Shown: piece by piece, positions 54,513 through 64,000 of the stretch
How the letters are laid out: each line of letters starts with the position of its first letter
How positions within the stretch are numbered: the first letter of the stretch is position 1
NCBI RefSeq assembly: GCF_001194135.2
Contig: NC_068982.1
Location: forward strand, 121,358,581 to 121,422,580
Direction of reading: 5' to 3'
Origin: Octopus bimaculoides
Lineage: Eukaryota
DNA: 64,000 nt
Translations under genes and position numbers: made by a program
Notes under the pieces: model-generated
Seen by the model: only the letters and a program-made list of their open reading frames with translations
Told to the model about the DNA's origin: nothing
Database searches by the model: none

Positions 54513-55227
54513 TCCACTTTACATACACTTAGTATCTGCATCCACTCTATAATCATCCACTCTTCATACATTTGATGTATATACATTGAAGCTACATGCA
54601 CACACACACACACACACTAAACTTCATCAGAACCATGTAATTTGACCATGTCTGAACTGCCTCACAATTAGCATATGTGGTTAGTTGTGTGTGTTGGGGG
54701 GGTGGGGCTGAGTGATTGACGGATGGTGGTGTAGAAGAGTTCCAGATGGTGATGTGGGGGGATGGTTGTGGATGGTGTAGTGGTTACCAAGGCGGGGACG
54801 AAGGTATTGTGGCATGGAGGTTAGCAAAGTGGAGAGGTGTAAGCGATGGGATGGTAGTGTGGAAGGGAAGTTAGCAAGGTAAGGAGGAGGGAGAAATGAT
54901 GGTGTGGGAGGATGGTGGTGTCAGGGTGGAGTGGAGAGGGATGGTGGTGTGGATTTTAGTATGTTGTAAGGAAAGAGAGCTGGTTGTAATGAGGTTAGCA
55001 GAGTGCTTGGATGATGTAGGTGGTTATGTTGTAGTGTTGTGGTTGGTAGTGCAGAGGTTTGTTTGGCACCATTCAGTAGAGTAATTAAATGAATTGGTGC
55101 TTGGTTCTAAACCTGGCCAGTCCACTTGGGAGAGTGACTTTGTTGTTCCAAAAGACAGTTGGATATCTTAACAAACTGTCAAATTTGTGGTGGAAAATTG
55201 AGATGGTGTGATCACTCTTTTACTCTC

Positions 55228-55595
55228 TTTTACTTGTTTCAGTCATTTGACTGTGGCCCTGCTTTTTAGTTGAGCAAATCGACCCCAGGACTTATTCTTT
55301 GGATACCTAGTACTTATTCTATCGGTCTCTTTTGCCGAACCGCTAAGTTACGGAGACGTAAACACACCACTATCGGTTGTCAAGCGATTTTGGGGGGACA
55401 AACACAGACACACATACACATAAATATACATATATACGACGAGCTTCTTTCAGTTTCCGTCTACCAAATCCACTCGCAAGGCTTTGGTCGGCCCGAGGCT
55501 ATAGTAGAAGACACTTGCCCAAGGTGCTATGCAGTGGGAATGAACCCGAAACCATGTGGTTGGTCAGCAAGCTACTTACCACACAGCCACTCCTG
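55228..55595 (-). mobile_element. SINE family C, full length
   Basis: Reverse complement of 2701-3134. Confidence 0.85.
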
Positions 55596-57042
55596 CGCCT
55601 CATGCATGCGTGATGTCAAATATAAATTGAGAGGTAATATTTATCTCCACTTAAACATGGATGTTCTGTTAGAACAAACTATACTGCAGTAGATACCATG
55701 AGAGAACCTGTCATATTGGCTTTTGGTGCAGAATGCATTCTTGTTTATGTTGCTAGTGGGGAGATAAATCCCTGCCATCTCCAGCACCAAGACTACCGGA
55801 TCATGTGATTTTCACCTTTCTTGGTCTTGTCAATGATGTCAATTATAAATTGAGGACCTAAATCTGACCTCTAACCTTGCAGGCCCCAAACTTTCTCATT
55901 CTCTTTGGTGTCGGCATATATATAATACTTTATAGAGACACAAGTTTTTATTGAAGGCACTGGCATGTCTGTGTGGTGAAGAATTTAACTTCACTGTCAC
56001 ATGATTTAGGTTTGATCCCTCTCTCTGGTACCTTGGACAAATGTTTTCTACTATATCCCCAGGTGTGCAATACTTTGTGAATGAAATTGGTTAGTAGACA
56101 GAAATAACACAAAAGCTTACTGTGTGCGTGTGTATCCACATGTCTTCGCATTGACTCCACTTTGGTGATGATATTGTTTACATGTTCCCATAAACAAACC
56201 TTCAGTACTAGTTCATCATGCAAAGATGGGAAAATCAAGAGAAGAGGAGCACCCGACTACAAAATACTACCTTAAGAAGTCTCAATTCAGACTTTGTCAG
56301 CTTCTTAAAGCTAACATAAAATTCATGATCATGTTGATGATGATCATGAGACACTTTTAGTGACTAAAAGAATACTGATATATACAGTGTAGTTGGTAGA
56401 ACAATGGTCAACATGCCTTATGGTATTTTGTTACATCCCTTCATTTTGTAATTTTGGATCCTACTATGATCAACACTATCTTTGATAGTTCAATGAATCA
56501 ATGAAATAACTACCAGTAATATATCAGAGGTTAAGTGTTTTGATTGAATTCCAGTCTCAGAATGTACTATTTATATAAATCAATATATACATGATAGTTA
56601 TTTTGTTACATTTCTGACTTAGGAAGACAGTGTCTTCTGTGACAGAATCTTACTAATAAACCAAGGTGAAAGAAACCCAATACTACTACAGAATTTTGTC
56701 TCTTTACACTTTCAATCAAATCACCATCTCATCTTAGTATTAAATTATTATTATCACTGACATATTGAAAACCAAATCTTTGGATTCACTTATGCCACAT
56801 TTGTTTCAAAATTTGATACAATGACAGCAATTATGAGCGGAGGGGCCAGGTCGATTACATTGACCACAGTAGTTTGATTTTATTGTTACCCAAAAGGATG
56901 AAAGGCAGAGTCAACCTCAGCAGGATTTGAACTCTTACTGTTAAGTACCAGAAGAAATGTTGCTAAGTATTTTGTCTGAGATGCTAATGATTCTGCCTGC
57001 TTGCTTCCTATAATAATGATAATAATAATAATCCTCATTATT

Positions 57043-57191
57043 TATATTATTTACATTTGACGGATATTTGATCTCCTCTTGTTAGTTGTTAACACGTTTT
57101 GGCTGATACACCCTCCAGCCTTCATCAAGTGTCTTGAAGAAATTTCGAACCTGGATTCTCATTCCTAAGGTATTTTTCAATGTTGTTGTTG

Positions 57192-57230
<39 letters not shown>

Positions 57231-57300
57231 TCACTGCCTGGAATCGAACTTGGAATCTTGGGGTTAGTAGCCTGCGCTCTTAACCACTATGCCATATGCC
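57043..57300 (-). mobile_element. tRNA-headed SINE with a Penelope-like tail containing a hammerhead relic
   Basis: Minus strand: GGCATATGGCATAGTGGTTAAGAGCGC...AAGTTCGATTCCAGG head, (AAT)n, then GACAC-TTGATGA-AGGCTG..CAGCC-AAAA-CGTGTT at 57091-57133. Confidence 0.65.
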
Positions 57301-57888
57301 TTTCCACTACAGACACAAGGACTGGGGTTTGTGGGGAGGAGTTTTGTCAATCACATTGAATCCAGTGCTAAACTGGTACTTATTTTATTGACGCCGAAAG
57401 GGGAAGTTGACCAAGGCAGAATTTGAACTTGGAATGTTAAACCAGAAGAAATGCTGTTATGCATTTTGTTAAGTAAAAAATAATAACAATAATAATAATG
57501 ATAATCCTTTCTACTATAGGCACAAGGCCTGAAATTTTGGAGGAGGGGATCAGTTGATTAGATCGATCCCAGTATGCAACTGGTAGTTAATTTATTGACC
57601 CTGAAAGGATGAAAGGCAAAGTCGACCTCGGTGGAATTTGAACTTACAACATAGCAACAGACGAAATGCTACTAAGCATCTCACCTGACATGTTAACGAT
57701 TATACCAACTCACCACCTTAATAATTCATTTATCATACTTCAGTATCCCTACCCTTTCAACTGTATGCAAATGTGGGACAGAGTTATTTTTTTGTTCTTC
57801 ATTTATTTGTTTATTTTTTGTATAAGCATATTTGAATATCAAGAAGTTGTTGCTGCTGAAAGGTGTCAAATTGTCTCCAGTAAACATG

Positions 57889-58156
57889 TTAACCCTTTCA
57901 TGACAATATTTCTGACAAGCAGTACCTGTGTTTTAATTAATTTTGAAAATAATCAATAATTTATTGAAATTTATTTAGTATAACAACTAACGTACCTGGT
58001 GTTTTGAACATAACAAAGGTATCATCCATAAAATTATATGATAGAAGGTTTTAATTTAAATATAAACATTTTATGAAAAGGAAAGTTTTGGTTTTTTTTT
58101 CATCATTATCATTGACCCAAAGGCTGTCTTGAGCAGACTGACATCAAAAGGGTTTA
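57889..58156 (+). mobile_element. piggyBac-like MITE, second family
   Basis: Starts TTAACCCTTT, and AAAAGGGTTTAA lies at about 58145-58156. The right boundary is uncertain. Confidence 0.4.
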
Positions 58157-58807
58157 ATATCAAGGTCGCAATTTTATTATTCAAACCATAGTCAAATAGC
58201 TTTAGGCTTCATATATTTGTTGAGTTTGATTGAAGCTAATGTTAAGGATGAAAAAACTGTTAGCTAGAAGTAAATGATGTGTGAGAAATAGGTAAAACAA
58301 ATAAAGCAACATACAGATGAATAAATAAAGAGCGATTTGCTCTCTCATATGTGAATATTTCCAAATAATTCATTGCGCATGAATCATGAATCACCATTGG
58401 ATATTTACATTGCTCATGTATTGGTTGCTTTGTTTAGTAGAACTGCTGTTTACTAAATTAGGTCACATAGAAATTGCATTGCAGTGACATTATTCTTTTG
58501 ATGCAAATTCCATTTTGATACATATGCATACATACATTCACACACACACACACAACACACATGTATACACAGACATTTATATATATAATATATATATATA
58601 TATATGCCAAATTAGATTGGAGCCTGGTGTAGCCATCCGGTTGCACCAGTCCTCAGTCAAATCGTCCAACCCATGCTAGCATGGAAAGCGGACGTTAAAC
58701 GATGATGATGATGATGATATATATATATCATCATCATTGTTTAACGTCCGCCTTTCATGCTGGCATATGTACTTATATCATGTGTGTATATACACATGCA
58801 TATATAT

Positions 58808-58866
<59 letters not shown>

Positions 58867-58889
58867 TATATACATCCACATATATCTCA

Positions 58890-59025
58890 GCTGGAGGATT
58901 TAGAAGGTATATCAAAGGAGTTCATACCATGATGCTTGTTTCTTCTGCCAGCCAGCACAGCTGTGCATTATGCAATAGAACGTGCAAAACTTTCACTCAA
59001 CTCTAGAGTCATGCAAGAGCCTCAC
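58890..59025 (+). mobile_element. Possible RTE-type LINE C-terminal zinc-finger remnant
   Basis: QHSCALCNRTCKTFTQL*SHAR resembles the CxxC...LxSHxR tail of some RTE-clade ORFs (recall only). Confidence 0.35.
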
Positions 59026-59180
59026 ATTGCATCAACATTGACTCATTTCAATGATTCTCTCTAGCAATGGATTTGCTTGTATATGAGAAAGCAGCTAAGA
59101 TGTGTACATGTATATAGTTTTGTTAACCCATGCTATCATGGAAAGCGGACGTTAAACGATGATGATGATGATATATATAT

Positions 59181-59470
59181 CATGGAATGATATGTCACAA
59201 ACTGCGTGATCTCGGCATAGTTGGAAAATTGGGAGAATGGCTTCATGACTTTCTGAGTGAGCAGTGTTCCGCAAGGCACTGTTTTGGGACCACTACTGTT
59301 CATAATGGCCCTCTCAGACATGCCCTCAGCCATACAGAGAGCCACGGTCACAAGTTATGCAGATGACACAAAAGTCTCACAGGTAATACAGAACTCTGAA
59401 GACACTATGCACCTGCAATGTGAGCTGGATGAAATATACAAGTGGGCTGAAAAGAATAACATGCAGTTTA
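59181..59470 (+). mobile_element. CR1/L2/Jockey-group LINE reverse transcriptase fragment with internal deletion, cut by gap
   Basis: HGMICHKLRDLGIVGKLGEWLHDFLSE // SVPQGTVLGPLLFIM...SYADDTK...LDEIYKWAEKNNMQF. Confidence 0.9.
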
Positions 59471-60431
59471 NNNNNNNNNNNNNNNNNNNNNNNNNNNNNN
59501 NNNNNNNNNNNNNNNNNNNNNNNNNNNNNNNNNNNNNNNNNNNNNNNNNNNNNNNNNNNNNNNNNNNNNNNNNNNNNNNNNNNNNNNNNNNNNNNNNNNN
59601 NNNNNNNNNNNNNNNNNNNNNNNNNNNNNNNNNNNNNNNNNNNNNNNNNNNNNNNNNNNNNNNNNNNNNNNNNNNNNNNNNNNNNNNNNNNNNNNNNNNN
59701 NNNNNNNNNNNNNNNNNNNNNNNNNNNNNNNNNNNNNNNNNNNNNNNNNNNNNNNNNNNNNNNNNNNNNNNNNNNNNNNNNNNNNNNNNNNNNNNNNNNN
59801 NNNNNNNNNNNNNNNNNNNNNNNNNNNNNNNNNNNNNNNNNNNNNNNNNNNNNNNNNNNNNNNNNNNNNNNNNNNNNNNNNNNNNNNNNNNNNNNNNNNN
59901 NNNNNNNNNNNNNNNNNNNNNNNNNNNNNNNNNNNNNNNNNNNNNNNNNNNNNNNNNNNNNNNNNNNNNNNNNNNNNNNNNNNNNNNNNNNNNNNNNNNN
60001 NNNNNNNNNNNNNNNNNNNNNNNNNNNNNNNNNNNNNNNNNNNNNNNNNNNNNNNNNNNNNNNNNNNNNNNNNNNNNNNNNNNNNNNNNNNNNNNNNNNN
60101 NNNNNNNNNNNNNNNNNNNNNNNNNNNNNNNNNNNNNNNNNNNNNNNNNNNNNNNNNNNNNNNNNNNNNNNNNNNNNNNNNNNNNNNNNNNNNNNNNNNN
60201 NNNNNNNNNNNNNNNNNNNNNNNNNNNNNNNNNNNNNNNNNNNNNNNNNNNNNNNNNNNNNNNNNNNNNNNNNNNNNNNNNNNNNNNNNNNNNNNNNNNN
60301 NNNNNNNNNNNNNNNNNNNNNNNNNNNNNNNNNNNNNNNNNNNNNNNNNNNNNNNNNNNNNNNNNNNNNNNNNNNNNNNNNNNNNNNNNNNNNNNNNNNN
60401 NNNNNTATATATATATATATATATATATATA

Positions 60432-60670
60432 TTCATTTCGCCATGATAGATCGCTAACCACTACTCACATTTTTTTTCTCTCTGCTTGTTTCTCTCCTTA
60501 TTTTTTTCTCTGCTTGTTTCTCTCCTTGTTTCTTTCTGTGTTCCTTTCTGTTGAAGAGTGTAGGCTCGAAATGTCAAAGACTTTTTCAATTCCCAAGCGT
60601 TATACTAACACATCTGTTTGTTTTCTACACCACCTGTTTTCTTCTTTTATTTTTTTTGTGAATTCTCCCT
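60432..60670 (+). mobile_element. Short Penelope-like relic between two (TA)n tracts, with a hammerhead variant
   Basis: CTTT-CTGTTGA-AGAG TGTAGG CTC-GAA-ATGT-C-AAAG at 60544-60579, with an A6U core change. Confidence 0.5.
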
Positions 60671-61042
60671 ATATATATATACATATATATATATATATTT
60701 ATATATGTATGATCATCATCATTTAATGGTTATCTACCATAGCTGCATAGGTAGGTTGATTAGTTTGACAAGATTCAATGAACCTGAGGGCTGCATTGAG
60801 TTCTAATGTCTGCTTTGGCATGAAGGACAAGACACTAGTTCAAGCATAGAAAAGAAAAACATGGAATTAGTGCTTGGACTGAATAGATTCTTAAATTCCA
60901 ACTTTCTACTAAGGGTGAAGTAGTCCAGCAGAACAAGAGTTGGTTATCAGAAATACAAAGCTGCAATCAGTAATAAAAAAAGAGATAGGCAATTATAGAT
61001 GGCAGGAATTCATTTATATGAGATGTCACATTGACTTGTATC

Positions 61043-61388
61043 TTTTACTTGTCACAGCAATTAGACTGCAGCTATGCTGGGGCCCTGCCATGAATTTTTC
61101 GTCAAATGAATTGACCCCAGTGCTTATTTTTTTAAAGCCTGGTACTTATTCTGTTTGTCTCGTTTACTGAACCACTAAGTTATAGGGGCATTATACAACA
61201 ACACTGGTCAAGCAGTGGTGAGAGACAACCACAGATACACAGATGCACACTTATATATACATATATAATGGCCTTCTTTCAGACTCCATCTTCCAAATCC
61301 ACTCACAAGGCTTTGTCATGAGGTGGAATTGAACCTGGGCCCATGTAGTGTGGAAGCAAGCTTCTAACCACACAGCCACACCTGTGCC
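61043..61388 (-). mobile_element. SINE family C, diverged
   Basis: Reverse-complement similarity to 2701-3134. Confidence 0.7.
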
Positions 61389-62519
61389 TATACATATTTT
61401 AAGTTGAAGATAAATCTTTACAGCTGTTTCAAAGTTTCAATGAAAGATAAATCTTATACTGCATATTATGGAAATAAGCATACATAATGATGCAATATTA
61501 CACATAACAAGTGATGATGAGCTGGCAGAATCGTTAGCATGCTGGGCAAAATGCTTAGCGGCATTTAGTCCATCTTTACATTCAAAGTTCAATTTCTGTT
61601 GAGGTCGTCTTTGCCTTCCATCCTTTTGGGGTCATTAGAATAAGTACCTGTTGAGCACTGAGGTTGATGTAATCGTCTTACCCCCTCCCCCATGATTGCT
61701 GGCCTTGTGCCAAAATCTGAAACCAATATTACACAAAACAAATAAGCAAAACTAATATCAACTTACATGAAACTTGATGCATATCAAATGGGAAGTGTTA
61801 AACAGCTTTCATATCTTCAATGGTGAGAGGGACAGAGGGGCATTTATGTTTGCCCACAGCTATATAGGCATCTAAAACAATTCGATGCAAATGACACTTC
61901 TCTCTCTCTCTCTCTCTTTCTGTCTGTCTCTTGCCCTCCCCCTCTTTCTCTCATCCCCTCTCTCCCTCACTCTCCCACCTCTCTTTCTTGCCCCTTTTTC
62001 TCTCACCTCTCTCCCTCGCTCTCCCACCTTTCTTTCTTGCCCCCTCTCTTGCCCCTTTTTCTCTCGCCTCTCTCCCCTTCTCTCACTTTCATCCCTTCTC
62101 CCTCTCTCTCTCTATATATATTATCAGCATCATCATTTAATGTTTGTTTTTCATGCTGCTTGCATCGGTTGGATGATTTGACAGGATCTGACAAACTATA
62201 AAGCTATGTTGAGATCCTATGTCAGTTTTGGCATGGCTTCTACAGCTGGATGCCCTTCCTAATGCCAACCACTTTATTGAGTGTACTAGATTTTTTTTTA
62301 TGCTACTGGCACAAGCAATCATCATTTTAGCATCCATTTTTTCCATGCTTGAATGAGTTAGAGAGAGTTTACTGTGCCGACCCTGACCTGTTTCCAAACA
62401 AGGTAATATTTCCCTATGGCTAAATATGTTTTTGGAGAATATCAAAAATGAAAGTCACTGTAGTATGATATGTTGATATGTATATGTGTGTGTATGTGCA
62501 TTTCTGTCTATCTCTTTAT

Positions 62520-62559
<40 letters not shown>

Positions 62560-63455
62560 TGTATGTATATATTTATATAGCAGTAACTTACACGTGAGCA
62601 TGGCTTGATAGTTTGTATCAAGTTTCCACCAATTGTTTCAGATGCCTATGTAGTTGTGAGCAAACATTGAAACTCCTTTGGCACTTACACCATTGACCTA
62701 TCATAATATTGAGGATGTGAAGACTGGAGGGAAGAACAGCTGCACTAGCAGTTAGCTGATACTCATATTCAGCTGACCATACTGGAGCAACATGAAAGGA
62801 AGTGCCTTGCTCAATAGCACAGTGTATCACCTGATCTAAAAATCAAGCATATGACATCATAATTGTGAGCCTAACATCCGAACCACTAGGCCATCTACCT
62901 TCACATGTGTGTGTGTGTATGTACAGGAGTATATTTATGTATATGTATATATATGTGTGTGTGTGTGTATACTGGAATATATATAGCATAGTGGTGGCTG
63001 TTTGGTAAGAAGCTTACTTCTCAGCCTCATGGTTCTAGGTTCTGTCCCACTGCGTGGCATCTTGGACAACTGTCTTCCACTATATCATTGGGCCAACTAA
63101 AGCATTGTGTGTGGATTTGGTAAATGGAAACTGAAAGAAGCCCATTGTGTGTATTTATATATATATANNNNNNNNNNNNNNNNNNNNNNNNNNNNNNNNN
63201 NNNNNNNNNNNNNNNNNNNNNNNNNNNNNNNNNNNNNNNNNNNNNNNNNNNNNNNNNNNNNNNNNNNNNNNNNNNNNNNNNNNNNNNNNNNNNNNNNNNN
63301 NNNNNNNNNNNNNNNNNNNNNNNNNNNNNNNNNNNNNNNNNNNNNNNNNNNNNNNNNNNNNNNNNNNNNNNNNNNNNNNNNNNNNNNNNNNNNNNNNNNN
63401 NNNNNNNNNNNNNNNNNNNNNNNNNNNNNNNNNNNNNNNNNNNNNNNNNNNNNTA

Positions 63456-63653
63456 ATATGTTTTATTATTAAAGCTGTAAAAACATCACAAAAATATACC
63501 CAAAAAACTGTTACTCACAGTTTCACATTCCCGTTCATCAGGCAATTGTCATCTGGGTCACAACTGCCCAACGAATAGGAACGTGAAATTTTGAGTAGCA
63601 GTTTTTTTGGTGTATTTTTGTGATGTTTTTACAGCTTTAATAATAAAGCATAT
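63456..63653. mobile_element. Foldback element 5: 94-bp inverted arms, 10-nt loop, one hammerhead motif per arm
   Basis: 63456-63549 pairs with 63560-63653; loop CATCTGGGTC. Confidence 0.8.
63506..63547 (-). ncRNA. Type I hammerhead motif (element 5, left arm)
   Basis: AATTGC-CTGATGA-ACG GGAA TGT-GAA-ACTGTGAGT-A-ACAGTT: core intact, first helix I pair mismatched. The + arm copy (63562-63603) has a perfect helix I but its core is mutated to CCAACGA. Confidence 0.6.
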
Positions 63654-64000
63654 TACTCTACCTCTGGTATTCAAGTACTATTTTTTCCCACCTTGTTTCA
63701 TGTTTATGTGCTTACTCTGGTGTGTGTGTGTGTGTGTCTTTGTGGGTGTGTTTCCATCCCCGTACCAGGCTTCAAAAATAAATAAATACTGGGGTCAGTT
63801 CAAAGCAGTGCTCCAGCATGACTACAGTCTAATGACTGAAACAAGTAAAAGATTAAGATATGAGTGTGTGTATTGATATATATATATATAATATATAATG
63901 TGTGTATGTAAAAGTATATATAATATACACATATATCTATACATATGTAAGCATATATGTATGCTTATGTGTGTGTATTCATATATATACATATATATAT

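Overview
AT-rich eukaryotic draft scaffold with ten N gaps, dense in microsatellites and SINEs. The repeat families look like octopus (inference from recalled SINE types, not a search). Most of the window appears to be intron of one + strand gene, an NPDC1/CAB-1-like single-pass membrane protein. Two exons are well supported (28325-28849 and 41498-41564, joining in frame as ...MHDIYFI-A-IIAACSVAGFVGIIVAAVCWY). One upstream exon is possible (12177-12236), and no C-terminal exons were found. The rest is decayed RTE and CR1/L2-like LINE fragments, several tRNA-derived SINE families, piggyBac-like MITEs and mini/microsatellites. Almost all ORFs in the supplied track are microsatellite or N-gap artefacts. 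The main finding is at least five short, non-coding, mutually unrelated inverted-repeat elements carrying minimal type I hammerhead-ribozyme motifs (CUGANGA...GAAA, short and mostly self-complementary helix III, NUA triplet). In four of them the motif lies in both arms with the same polarity (left arm minus, right arm plus), and one is bounded by a 12-bp target-site duplication. They resemble non-autonomous Penelope-like (retrozyme-like) elements. Ribozyme activity and mobility are untested.
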